Shown: in pieces, positions 8,065 to 18,062 of the stretch | How the letters are laid out: each line of letters opens with the position of its first letter | Numbering within the stretch: position 1 is the first letter of the stretch | Assembly (NCBI GenBank): GCA_025839675.1 | Contig: CP104013.1 | Span: 5,010,001-5,042,000 of the forward strand | Source of the DNA: Candidatus Lokiarchaeum ossiferum | GTDB taxonomy: Archaea; Asgardarchaeota; Lokiarchaeia; Sigyniarchaeales; Promethearchaeaceae | DNA: 32,000 bases | Direction of reading: 5' to 3' | Made by a program: the position numbers and the translations under genes | Notes under the pieces: generated by a model | Seen by the model: only the letters and a program-made list of their open reading frames with translations | The model's database searches: none | Told to the model about the DNA's origin: nothing

Positions 8065-10948
8065 ACTCCCAGAAAGTTGCAAGGATATTAATAACAATAA
8101 TGAATGCTGAAAATAATAGTAGCACCCATGTTGGTTTTGATTGCCAGAACTGTATCCATATTTTTGTTGAGGTTTGTTCCGATAAAATTAACACAAAATG
8201 TCCCAACAGAAACCAATTGGCAAATCTATAGAAATATTCCATATAGGATCCCGGTCCCAAAGGTTGAACTAAAATGAAAGTTGATGAAACTACCACAAAA
8301 ATGATATCAAAAATGATGAAGGGCATGAAGATATTAGGTTTTGATTTCATCAGATCCAAAAAACTCAGCAATACTTGGCTTAATACAATGATTTGTCCCA
8401 TGAATAATATTGCCGATACAAATGGATACCAAGAAAGCGATTGATGCGAGTAAATTTGGTTTGCCAAAATGAGAACCGATCCAAAAATCCATGTTAGTGG
8501 TAAAATATTTTTCCTCATAGCAAAATTGATTTTAGAGATTAAAAAGCGCTGAATTCTACTGAGAAACTCCATTAGGATTATAAATAAACACTGAAGAAGG
8601 TATTCCAATCTTTCAAATATCCCAAATTTTTTTGTACAAAAGAGGATAAGTAGGATAATTATTGGAATTGCGAAGAATGTGGCTGAAAAAATATTTACTA
8701 CTTGATTATTCAGCTGAGGGACTGTAAATAACGTAAATTCTCGAAGATAGTTTCGTGGAATGAATTTATCGAGTACTTGTAGGAAATAGTGTTCCAAGGA
8801 ATTTGAAATTTCTAAGGAAATATAGCTCAGCCATGAAATTGTTAGAAGTAGGAAGAATTGTCCATAAAATTTGATATCCAGTAATAATGGTTTAGTTATT
8901 GGTGTCTTTGAATACTGGTAGATCAAATAAAATATTGAAACAGGAACCACTATGAAGGCATGGGAAAAATGAAATAACGAAAGAAGACAGGACAAAATAA
9001 TGAAAATAACTCTATATTTTTCCACATCGTCATTTTTAGAAATCATTGAAAATAACAGGAGAATCAAAGATATGGTTCCTAATGTTTCCGAATTCCCTAT
9101 GTGAGTAAATTTCCACTGAATTGGTGAAGTAACAAAAATAATTATTAGAAGTATAAATGCAAACCTTCTTTTTTTGCTGTCTATATTTTCATGATTTATT
9201 TGCCATTTTTTGAAGGAAATGTGAATGATTTGAGTGAGGATAATATAAATGATAGAATTTGTAATTGGTAATAGGAAAGTGATAAAAATTTGGGTCCCAT
9301 TAATGCTGGACAAGAAAAAGGTTAGAAAAGAATACTGGGATGAAGAATAAAAAAAGAAAATTGCATAAAAATTGATAAAATAATTCTCTTTTTCAATAAA
9401 AAATGGATCAAGATGATTTACCAAATTCACAGCATCTATCCCACACCAATTCGTGGTGACATTGCCGGTGATGGAAATCAAAACTATTAAAATGAAAAGC
9501 TTTACTTGGATTTCTGATACATTGGGCTTAAATTGATAGATTTCATATAATAATAGAGTTATTAAAATTCCAAACAAAAATATTATATCTATGGGGATAA
9601 ATTGGAAAATTACTAAATTATGCAGTATTTCATAGGGGTTTTGGATTTGATCGTGAGGATTTAGGAAAATGTAAATTAGTCGGATGAAAATAACCATCGC
9701 CATAAAATAAAAACTGATATTCAATAGAAATTTGATCTCAATTCTCCCAAATTTCTTTTTTATTTTGGTAATCGTTTTTCTGAAATTCTGTGGGTTGAAG
9801 AGACCGATAATTAGAATTGAAAGTAATAAATATAATATTCGGAAAAAAGAATAGATTGAAATTAGAAGAAAATATTTCGAAATTAATAATTCAATAAAAC
9901 CAACCAATGATAAAAGCAGGATGATAGAAGAACATACAAATACTATTTTTATTTCTATTTTTTGTAAGAATTTATTGCTCAAATGGGTACAAATTAAACA
10001 GAGCTCAATAATGATTAAAAATCCTAATATATTTTGAGGTAGAATTATTCCTCCAAGGGTAATACACATCGGTAGCACGTATTTAAGCAAAAAAATCCAT
10101 ATAAATTTCTTTTCATGATATCTTGAATAAGTTTTTAAGTTATTGGGAGTAATTTTCTTTCCTTTACTCAATTTATTAATAAAATATTTAAATATTCGAG
10201 AAAGAAATTCTGATAGGTATTCTATTTTCCACAATCTTTTTTCGGTTTTTAATAATACTAAACAATATGATGCTTCAGTTCTCTTTTGTAGATATTCATG
10301 TTTTAAATGTTCTGTTTCAAAAGATTCTTCCTTTTTTGATTTTAAATATGCTCGATAGGCATTGATTTCTTTGATTCCATTTTTCATTGCCATTATTGTT
10401 GATAAAATGATATTTCCTTTCTGATTTAATTTGGAAATGTAGAAATTTATTCTATAATCATAGAAAATTAAATGTTTTGTATTTTTTTTTATCAAAAATT
10501 GGTGTTTTAACTTGTTCATATGATATTTAATTGGTTTATTTTGTAAATCTTCATTAAGTATTTCAGCTTTCCAATTATCTATTAAACTGAGCATTTTTAC
10601 TTTTTTATTTTTATATTTGGTGATTAATATGAATTTTCTTTGATAAATGTGAAAAGAGAAAAAAGCTTTTAAAAAATTATTATATTCTCGAGAAATTTGA
10701 TTTAATAGAGAGAAAAGTGTAGTTCCTATGATATAGAAACTTGAAATTATGATAAATTCTATGAAAAAATCCCGTGATTGAAATAAGATATAAAAAACTA
10801 ATAAAAATACATAGGTAATATCGAGTATTTTTGAAAAATAATATAAAAATTTGCTCAAAACCATTTTTTTTCTAAATAATTTCCCGAAATTGCTGATTTT
10901 TGTGTATTCTAAAAATGAAAATTGATTAATCTCGTTTAATTTATCCAT
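8054..10948 (-). CDS. Very large polytopic integral membrane protein, family unknown
   Basis: 964 aa. Two N-terminal hydrophobic helices are followed by a Lys-rich soluble insert of ~195 aa (aa ~85-280, nt ~10109-10696). An almost uninterrupted ~680-aa run of hydrophobic helices follows (well over a dozen). I recognised no family motif by eye. Its 3' end overlaps the start of the downstream GT4 gene. Confidence 0.8.
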   Translation of the reverse strand: MDKLNEINQFSFLEYTKISNFGKLFRKKMVLSKFLYYFSKILDITYVFLLVFYILFQSRDFFIEFIIISSFYIIGTTLFSLLNQISREYNNFLKAFFSFHIYQRKFILITKYKNKKVKMLSLIDNWKAEILNEDLQNKPIKYHMNKLKHQFLIKKNTKHLIFYDYRINFYISKLNQKGNIILSTIMAMKNGIKEINAYRAYLKSKKEESFETEHLKHEYLQKRTEASYCLVLLKTEKRLWKIEYLSEFLSRIFKYFINKLSKGKKITPNNLKTYSRYHEKKFIWIFLLKYVLPMCITLGGIILPQNILGFLIIIELCLICTHLSNKFLQKIEIKIVFVCSSIILLLSLVGFIELLISKYFLLISIYSFFRILYLLLSILIIGLFNPQNFRKTITKIKKKFGRIEIKFLLNISFYFMAMVIFIRLIYIFLNPHDQIQNPYEILHNLVIFQFIPIDIIFLFGILITLLLYEIYQFKPNVSEIQVKLFILIVLISITGNVTTNWCGIDAVNLVNHLDPFFIEKENYFINFYAIFFFYSSSQYSFLTFFLSSINGTQIFITFLLPITNSIIYIILTQIIHISFKKWQINHENIDSKKRRFAFILLIIIFVTSPIQWKFTHIGNSETLGTISLILLLFSMISKNDDVEKYRVIFIILSCLLSLFHFSHAFIVVPVSIFYLIYQYSKTPITKPLLLDIKFYGQFFLLLTISWLSYISLEISNSLEHYFLQVLDKFIPRNYLREFTLFTVPQLNNQVVNIFSATFFAIPIIILLILFCTKKFGIFERLEYLLQCLFIILMEFLSRIQRFLISKINFAMRKNILPLTWIFGSVLILANQIYSHQSLSWYPFVSAILFMGQIIVLSQVLLSFLDLMKSKPNIFMPFIIFDIIFVVVSSTFILVQPLGPGSYMEYFYRFANWFLLGHFVLILSEQTSTKIWIQFWQSKPTWVLLLFSAFIIVINILATFWEYAY

Positions 10949-11055
10949 ATTTCTAACCTTGAATCATTGTTCATTTGTTATTTTTTTTAATATCTAATTG
11001 AAATTAGTATATACGAATCTAAATACTATCAAATTCGAAAATTTTAACGATTTTG

Positions 11056-12174
11056 TTAGAATTTTAGTTTATTTTTGATAAGAATTGTGAAAACTCCTAT
11101 GACTCCAAAAATAAGAAAGTTTTTCATATTGAAATTACTAAAAATATCTTTGAAGGTAGAAATTGCTGTTTTAGGAATGACTTTTATTTTCACTACATTA
11201 GATATGAATCCTCCATAGCCATCAATTAATTCGATTTTGTAAAAATATTCACCAATATCTAAATTATCTACATTAATCCTTATATGTTCATTAGAAATCC
11301 AAGAATGGGATGAGTTTTCAAGAATAAATGTCCCATTTCTATAGATCGTATATGTTGAGATTGATTCATTCACTACAAAATCTTTTATTATCCACTCAAT
11401 AAAATTTCCTTTTGTACCTTTTTCATAAGTTAATGAATTAGGGATCTTTAAAAATTCAGGATTTTTAAAATTGCTTTTTACCCCTCCTATAGTTGAAAAA
11501 GCTTCTCCTTCAGAAATCCCGACATATAAAGCATCAATATATACGTGATAATTTGAATCAATTGGTGAACTTGCAAAATATGCATAAGAGACATTATGAT
11601 CAGTGTCATTTCCTATATCTTCATACTCCAAAAAACCATCGATAAATACTTTGAGAGAATGAGTTTTACCATTAAAAGCATCTTTGATGCAAATATGATA
11701 CCAAGTATTTGATTCAATTTCTGATATCATATTTTTTCCATTTTTTCCAGTAAAATAAAACCCAGAATTTTCGATACTAAAAACGAATAGTATTTTCTTC
11801 CATCCTTCAATTGAAGTTCTATAATAAAATCTATTTTCAGAATTATCAATTTGTATCCAAAACGAAGTAAAATATGTAGAATTTATATGAGAGGTATCAA
11901 TTATAGCCAAATTGGAATTTTCAGAATTTTCATCACTTATATTGTCATAAAAATCTAATGGGTATTGATGACCATTTATTTCTGGAATTATTTCTATATA
12001 TGATCTATCTTCAAACGGGCGTATATATGAAAATCCATTAGATGGGGCACCATTTTCACCCCATTGAATTATTCCTGGATGATTCTTAAAATTTTTAGTA
12101 GTTGATGCACTTATTGGCAAAAAAGTTGGAGAAATAAAACTTATAAAAATTAAAGCAATAGTAATATTTCTCAT
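11056..12174 (-). CDS. Secreted, C-terminally membrane-anchored surface protein with a LamG/concanavalin-like domain
   Basis: The listed start is GTG 12186; the ATG at 12174 gives a classic signal peptide (MRNITIALIFISFISPTFLPISAS). LamG-like motif WYHICIKDAFNGKTHSLKVFIDGFLEYE. Ig/Fn3-like C-terminal module (YTIYRNGTFILEN...YFYKIELIDGYGGFISNVVKIKV). Terminal hydrophobic anchor FLIFGVIGVFTILI followed by KNKLKF. Seven N-x-S/T sequons. Confidence 0.6.
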   Translation of the reverse strand: MRNITIALIFISFISPTFLPISASTTKNFKNHPGIIQWGENGAPSNGFSYIRPFEDRSYIEIIPEINGHQYPLDFYDNISDENSENSNLAIIDTSHINSTYFTSFWIQIDNSENRFYYRTSIEGWKKILFVFSIENSGFYFTGKNGKNMISEIESNTWYHICIKDAFNGKTHSLKVFIDGFLEYEDIGNDTDHNVSYAYFASSPIDSNYHVYIDALYVGISEGEAFSTIGGVKSNFKNPEFLKIPNSLTYEKGTKGNFIEWIIKDFVVNESISTYTIYRNGTFILENSSHSWISNEHIRINVDNLDIGEYFYKIELIDGYGGFISNVVKIKVIPKTAISTFKDIFSNFNMKNFLIFGVIGVFTILIKNKLKF

Positions 12175-13594
12175 AAATCCCAACACGATTATCCTATTAT
12201 CAAGTAATTTTCCAGACTTTAAAATTTTTTTTATGTAAAAACGAGTAATAAGACTTTTGGATGATGAAAAAAAATTTATTTGTTTTACTTTTCGATGATT
12301 GAAGGCCGAGTTTTCCCGAATCGTGAGAAATTAATCAATTATATTTTATAACCACTCCTACTGTAATTCGATAGATCAATCAAAAAATAATATGTTGATG
12401 ACTTATTTTATCTCTATATTCATCATGAAGGGTGAATTCCATATTCTGCCCGAAATATCTATTCATTTCGATCCCAAAATTCCATTAATTGACAAGAACT
12501 TCATGAAATGTTTGAGAGCATGTTGATAAATATGACATTCAAATCTTAGGAATTATCATTGACAAGCAAAATATTACTGAGATGTTGCATCTGTTTTATG
12601 AAAAGTGTGAATAAGAATGTATATTTTGGAAGGGGTGATATTCAATCAGTAAAGGAAGTTTTTCAATCTATAGATAAAGATCTTCAAAAATTACAAAAGT
12701 CGGGAATTAACTCTTTAAACTGTTTCGTTGAGTGTGATAATATCAAGTAATACTAATAAAAGTTCAAGATATGTAAGATCTGACAAAACAAGTGGATTCT
12801 ACAATATGAGTAATAAAAAATTTTTGCACGCATATGTACAATGTGAGGTATCCTACAATAATATTCTTTTCTTTTTGAGCAAAATTCTGAAATCACCGCT
12901 CTCTCAATTAAATTCTTAATATATGCTTATGGAAGCCCCTGCAAGTTAAGCTTCATAATTTGCCTCACTTTCGGAATGTTATCATTTTACTGCAATTTTT
13001 ATAAATAGGCTTTAATAAATAGGTTCGAATTTAGGAAATGTGTGCATTTATGATAGATTATTGAAATATGCGATATAAAATGGTTTAGGCTTCATTCGGT
13101 CGAAAATATTTAATTTTACTTAAAGGTTCTTGTTGGATATAGTTTTATCTTGTTGAATCCTGCAATTATCAACTCCTTTAAAAATATATGCTGAATAACT
13201 ATCCTTTTATGGTAGTAATTTTACTCCTACTTTCTTTAATACGTGATTTTATTAGTGTATTTGATTCTTAAAGCGTTGGAATTTTGTTATTGATGTTTTT
13301 TTATAGTTTTTTGTCTCCTAATAAATTTAATTTGTCTAGAATTAATTTCTAAAATTTAATCATTCAAATCCTATTCATTAATTTTTGATTTTTATTTACA
13401 ATTTCTTTAAGCTGTCTTGGGTGTTTTTAATTTTTTAAAATTCTAGATAAAATTACAGAAAAAAATAAAAATAATTAATGAGACACCAAATATTGCATCC
13501 ATTCTTAATTCTTATATTATTTGGAATATTTTATCAACTATATTTAGATTTTCTCTGCATTCAACAAAATAAAATTAACTGATGATTCGATAAA

Positions 13595-14740
13595 ATGAAA
13601 AAAATAAAAATAATTTTTTACTTAAAAGGATATGGAAATGCAATTCCAGGTGCAGAATCTGCAGGATATCATATTTTGCAGTCGATTATTGACAGAAATG
13701 ATTTGAAAATTATTATTGTTTCTGATCAAAAGGCAAAATGTCAAAGGAATGAGATCTTATTCAAACATAAAAATCTTCCAATAAATTTACCAATATTAAA
13801 TTTTATAATTAATAATTTTTTTGCTAAACGAATGATTAAAAATGTTACAGAGATATTTTCACCGGATATAATTCACATTCAAGGCTTTTCAGGAAACTAT
13901 CCAACACTTAAAACACAAATAAAAAAAATACTAACTTTACATGATGATCCTTCAATGGAAATCTATGATAGAAATAGAAATGATCCATTAAAATTTTTTG
14001 AATATTTTTGGTTTAAATTTATAAAATGGTCCATTTCAAAAGCAATTAGAAATTTTGACTTTTTTCATGTAGGTTCTTCGAAAATGATCAGAGCTCTCCA
14101 ATATCAAGGGGTAACAAGCGAGCGAATTTATCAAATTCCAAATGGAAGAGATAACTTGATAAATAAAAAGGAAGAATTAGAATCAGAAACTAAGAAATCA
14201 ATTAAGATAGCAGATAATTCAATAATTAAAATGATAATGGTTGGGACAATAGAGTATAGGAAAGGGACATTGAGTGTGGCACAAAGTTTAGAATATTTAC
14301 CACCAAATTTCCATCTCCTACTTGTGGGAAAATCTCAACCCATTATTGGAATTCCATACTTGAAAAAAGTATTAAAAATTAATAGAAAAAAAATTCATTA
14401 TTTAGGATATTTACAAAAGCAACAGTATTTATCCGTTTTGGAGATGGCAGATATTTATATATCTGCAAGCAATTATGAAGCGTGTCAATTGGTACCACTA
14501 GACGCGCTATTTTTAAGAAAAAAAGTAGTTACTACTACTGCTGGAGCAATTCCTGATTTTCTCTCAAAAGATTATCCATATTTTTTGAAATCTAATGATC
14601 CATCAGAAATTTCAAAAATTATTTTAAAAGCAAGATTGTCAAATCAGTATGAATCTAGTTTCATTAAATCTTATCCAAAAACTTGGAAAGTTATTGGTGA
14701 AGAAATATCCAAAATTTATGATTTTATCTTAAAAAGCTAA
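13595..14740 (+). CDS. Glycosyltransferase, GT4 family
   Basis: 381 aa with GT-B features: IIHIQGFSG in the N-domain, MIMVGTIEYRKG and LLLVGKS, and the donor motif ADIYISASNYEACQLVPLDALFLRKKVVTTTAGAIPDF. Confidence 0.75.
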   Translation: MKKIKIIFYLKGYGNAIPGAESAGYHILQSIIDRNDLKIIIVSDQKAKCQRNEILFKHKNLPINLPILNFIINNFFAKRMIKNVTEIFSPDIIHIQGFSGNYPTLKTQIKKILTLHDDPSMEIYDRNRNDPLKFFEYFWFKFIKWSISKAIRNFDFFHVGSSKMIRALQYQGVTSERIYQIPNGRDNLINKKEELESETKKSIKIADNSIIKMIMVGTIEYRKGTLSVAQSLEYLPPNFHLLLVGKSQPIIGIPYLKKVLKINRKKIHYLGYLQKQQYLSVLEMADIYISASNYEACQLVPLDALFLRKKVVTTTAGAIPDFLSKDYPYFLKSNDPSEISKIILKARLSNQYESSFIKSYPKTWKVIGEEISKIYDFILKS

Positions 14741-14835
14741 CTTAAGGGAAGTAAGAAAAAAATCACTTAATTGATAATATACATTTATAAACAAATCACC
14801 CAGCCAGAAGAAAAGTTTTTCTTTTTCAATTTAAA

Positions 14836-15160
14836 TTCTATGAGGTTCTATCAAGATTTATTAGATTAAATATTTTATCACCCTTGTGAAATTCATGCCG
14901 ACTTATGAGCCATCTATCCCACTAATATACCAATTTAGATTTTTGATAAATCATTTCTAAGATGTTTATCTCGCTCAAATTCAATAAAAAAGGAGTACCT
15001 CTTAGATTTTTAAACATAAATCATACGTTCGATTTCATAAAAGGATCGAAATTTCAATTCGACAAAATTGAAAATTGGATAAATTCTCAAAACGGGTTAA
15101 GTAACTCGAAGTAAATCAAAAAAAGTTTAAATTGATAAATCTTGATAGATCCTCCTATAA
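14836..15160. repeat. MITE-like inverted-repeat element (alternatively a long stem-loop)
   Basis: The 35-nt terminal inverted repeats at 14836-14870 and 15126-15160 match at 29/35 positions. They share a perfect 15-nt core (tctatcaagatttat at 14847-14861; reverse complement at 15135-15149). They enclose 255 nt of ORF-free AT-rich DNA inside the 647-nt gap between two GT4 genes. Confidence 0.45.
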
Positions 15161-15387
15161 CATTTTGAGATAGATTGAATTAAATTTCAGTCAAATGTCA
15201 TATATTTGTCAAGTGGGAAATTGTAATTAAAAATTAACACTTTTTTGATCTTAACTCAGGAAATTTAAATAGATAAGTAGAAAATTTGTTAATAGACATT
15301 AGTATTAATCTATGTAATGAATTTTTCAAAATTTGCTCAATTCATTTTTTTTTATTTATCAAAATTTTTTTTAAATAATTTACTTGT

Positions 15388-16530
15388 ATGGTTTGTGATA
15401 AAATGAATAAAAATAAAGGAATTTGTGTTGTAAATTTTCCAATCTTAAAAACCGGAGTGAAGCCAGTATTTCAATTAATTCAGATAATTAAACAAGTTAA
15501 AGATACAAATTATTTAATATGTGGAAGTTTAGATAATCATTCCTTAGAAAAAATGATTCCAGACATACATTATATAAAAATTGACCACAGAAAAATGGAA
15601 AATTTCTTTTTTAGAATTGTTTCTTACATACGAACTCAGATATTGATGACAATCGAAATAATTAAATTGAAAAATGTTGTTGAAACTTATTTATTTTTTA
15701 TTGGAACTGAAGATATGATAATTCCTCATTTAGTTAGTAAAATTTTGAGGAAGAAAACACTATTTCTACTCGCAGGATTCCCATCGAAAAGAAGTTATTC
15801 AAATAAAGATCTATTTTTCATATTTCAGAAAGCCTTATCTAAAATTAACTTCTTTTTAACCAATAAAGTATTGGTTTATTCAAAAGAAATAATTACTGAG
15901 CGGAATTTACATTATCTTGATAAAAAAATTGCTGTTTTTCAGAGACATTATATCCCCCATTCAGAAATTCTTTTTAAAAATATTAGCAAGAAAAAAGAAA
16001 ATATTGGATTTCTTGGAGAAATTTGTTTACCAAAAGGGATTCAAAACTTGATAGTTGCTATAAAACAATTGAAAGATCAAAAAGTAAATGTAAATTTACA
16101 CATTGGAGGTTTTGGGGAAAAAAAATTTGTAGATAAGCTAAAGAAATATATTGAAAAAACTGATTTGAAAAATCAAGTTTTTTTTCATGGTTGGATAAAC
16201 AGAGAAGACATTCCCTTATTTTTGTCAAATATGAAATATTTCATATTACCTTCCTTAAGTGAAGGTTTACCGAATGTTTTATTAGAAGCGATGGGATGTG
16301 GATGTTGCGTCATTTCTACGAAAGTTGGGGGTATTCCAGATATTATAGTTGATTCGGTTAATGGAATATTATTGGAATCAAATTCAACAGATGCAATAGT
16401 TGATGGATTTCTTAGAACAAAATCATTAAATCTTGATATCTTGTCCAAAAATGCATCCGAATTTATTAAAAAGAAGTTTTCATTCAAATACTCAGTTGAG
16501 AATTTCCGCTCAATTTATAAAAAAATTTAA
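15388..16530 (+). CDS. Glycosyltransferase, GT4 family
   Basis: Canonical GT4 donor motif YFILPSLSEGLPNVLLEAMGCGCCVISTKVGGIPDIIVDSVNGILLE (E-x7-E), plus IGFLGEICLPKGI. An alternative ATG lies at 15403 (MNKNKGICVV). Confidence 0.85.
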   Translation: MVCDKMNKNKGICVVNFPILKTGVKPVFQLIQIIKQVKDTNYLICGSLDNHSLEKMIPDIHYIKIDHRKMENFFFRIVSYIRTQILMTIEIIKLKNVVETYLFFIGTEDMIIPHLVSKILRKKTLFLLAGFPSKRSYSNKDLFFIFQKALSKINFFLTNKVLVYSKEIITERNLHYLDKKIAVFQRHYIPHSEILFKNISKKKENIGFLGEICLPKGIQNLIVAIKQLKDQKVNVNLHIGGFGEKKFVDKLKKYIEKTDLKNQVFFHGWINREDIPLFLSNMKYFILPSLSEGLPNVLLEAMGCGCCVISTKVGGIPDIIVDSVNGILLESNSTDAIVDGFLRTKSLNLDILSKNASEFIKKKFSFKYSVENFRSIYKKI

Positions 16531-16535
16531 ACAAG

Positions 16536-17570
16536 GTGAAAGAAGTGAAAATAGCTATACATTGTACTGAAAAAGAAAATTTCTGCCAGGATTGGATAAA
16601 ATATTGTATAAATAATAAAATTAATTACAAAAAAGTTAATTGTCTTTCTGCAAATATTTTTAAAGATCTTGATGATTGTGATATTTTGTTGTGGCACTGG
16701 AATCATCTCAACTACTCTCAATATTTGATAGCAAAGGAATTTTTGTTTATCATCGAATTTTATTCAGATATTTCGATATTTCCAAATTTTAAAACTGGAT
16801 GGCATTTTGATGATAAAATTGCCCAAAGTATTTTATTAGAAAGAATTCAAGCTCCGATTCCAAAATATTGGACATTTTTTGATGAGAAGTCTGCTTTGGA
16901 ACATAAGAATGAAATCGAGTATCCTGTTGTATTTAAATTAAGAAAAGGATCAGGATCCTCTAATGTTAAATTAATTAAAAACAAAAGTATGTTTGAAAAA
17001 GAAGTTAAAATGATGTTTTCTATTGGAAAAAATCCTACAAATAATTATATTGGTGACGCTATAAAAAAAAAAGGGATTTTTACGTATTTAAAGCATATAT
17101 TAAAAATTGGATTAGTAACAGCGATTAAAAGATATTTCAAATTTCAAAAAAAAACAAAATCCTTCCCGAAAGAGAGAGATTATTTTTATATTCAAGAATT
17201 TATAAAAGATTGTGATAGGGACTATCGAGTGATTGTTATTGGTGATTACGCGTATGCTTTTGAAAGATTTGTTAGAAAAAATGATTTTAGAGCATCAGGA
17301 AGTGGAAAATTTAGAATAGATCAACAATCCATTGATAAAAACTTGATAAACATTGGGTTCAAAATTGCAGATAAGCTGAACACCGACTGCATAACTTTTG
17401 ATTTTGTAAAATCTGGTCGAGGGTATGTAATTCTAGAAATTAGCTATGGTTTCGTCCCTTGGAAATGGGAGTCATTTTGGAATAGAGAACTTAAAATTAT
17501 TCAAGAACCATTAAATCCAGTAGATTTAATTATTAAAAACATTATTCAGAAACATAATTCAAATCACTAA
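16536..17570 (+). CDS. ATP-grasp domain protein (RimK-like carboxylate-amine ligase fold)
   Basis: Motifs: EYPVVFKLRKGSGSSNVKLIKNK (Lys plus Gly-rich loop), FYIQEFIKDCDRDYRVIVIGDYAYAFERFVRKNDFRASGSG and CITFDFVKSGRGYVILEISYGF. The start is GTG 16536 or GTG 16545 (preceded by AAGGTGA). The gene begins 6 nt after the GT4 stop. Confidence 0.7.
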   Translation: MKEVKIAIHCTEKENFCQDWIKYCINNKINYKKVNCLSANIFKDLDDCDILLWHWNHLNYSQYLIAKEFLFIIEFYSDISIFPNFKTGWHFDDKIAQSILLERIQAPIPKYWTFFDEKSALEHKNEIEYPVVFKLRKGSGSSNVKLIKNKSMFEKEVKMMFSIGKNPTNNYIGDAIKKKGIFTYLKHILKIGLVTAIKRYFKFQKKTKSFPKERDYFYIQEFIKDCDRDYRVIVIGDYAYAFERFVRKNDFRASGSGKFRIDQQSIDKNLINIGFKIADKLNTDCITFDFVKSGRGYVILEISYGFVPWKWESFWNRELKIIQEPLNPVDLIIKNIIQKHNSNH

Positions 17571-18062
17571 GTTAAATTTACTTCTTTTATTTGTGTAATA
17601 TGACTTTTAGTTGTGGACTTTTTTTTCTTCTAAGGAAATAAGTGGAAATAAATTTTTGAGCAATTATTGCATTTTATATACGTTTCTAAAGCTTTAATGA
17701 TATAACCTATTCTCCTTCATTAGATAATTGAACAGGTGGCGACCAATATAATTATTTACTAATATTCTGAATCAATTTGTTTTCTAATTTCTCCAAACCG
17801 TTTTGTCTAAAAATTTTTAGATTCAATTCGATTATTGGTTGCACGTTTTTTACTAATAATTTGAATTATTCTTGATTTGATTCTCTATTTAATGGATGGA
17901 TCAAATTAAATCATAAGAAAATAGTATTTCAAAAGGATTATTTTAATTAAAATTGCTAATAATTAAATCTCTCTTTTAGAAATTTTGCATAGGGATTTAT
18001 AAAATAAATATAAATCAAAGCATTAGGTAATTTTTAATAAAGAAGGAATTTGACTTTAAGTA

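Noticed and set aside
12559-12919. Two overlapping 63-codon ORFs in the 1.4-kb spacer
   Set aside because: The first starts at TTG. Neither has motifs, and the Cys/Lys-rich composition is odd. Support is insufficient to call genes; the region is reported as a finding instead.
17619-17626. Oligo-T runs (for example T8 ~50 nt after the ATP-grasp stop; T6 after the CapA stop) as transcription terminators
   Set aside because: T-runs are ubiquitous in this AT-rich DNA, and no accompanying hairpins were found. The evidence is too weak to annotate.
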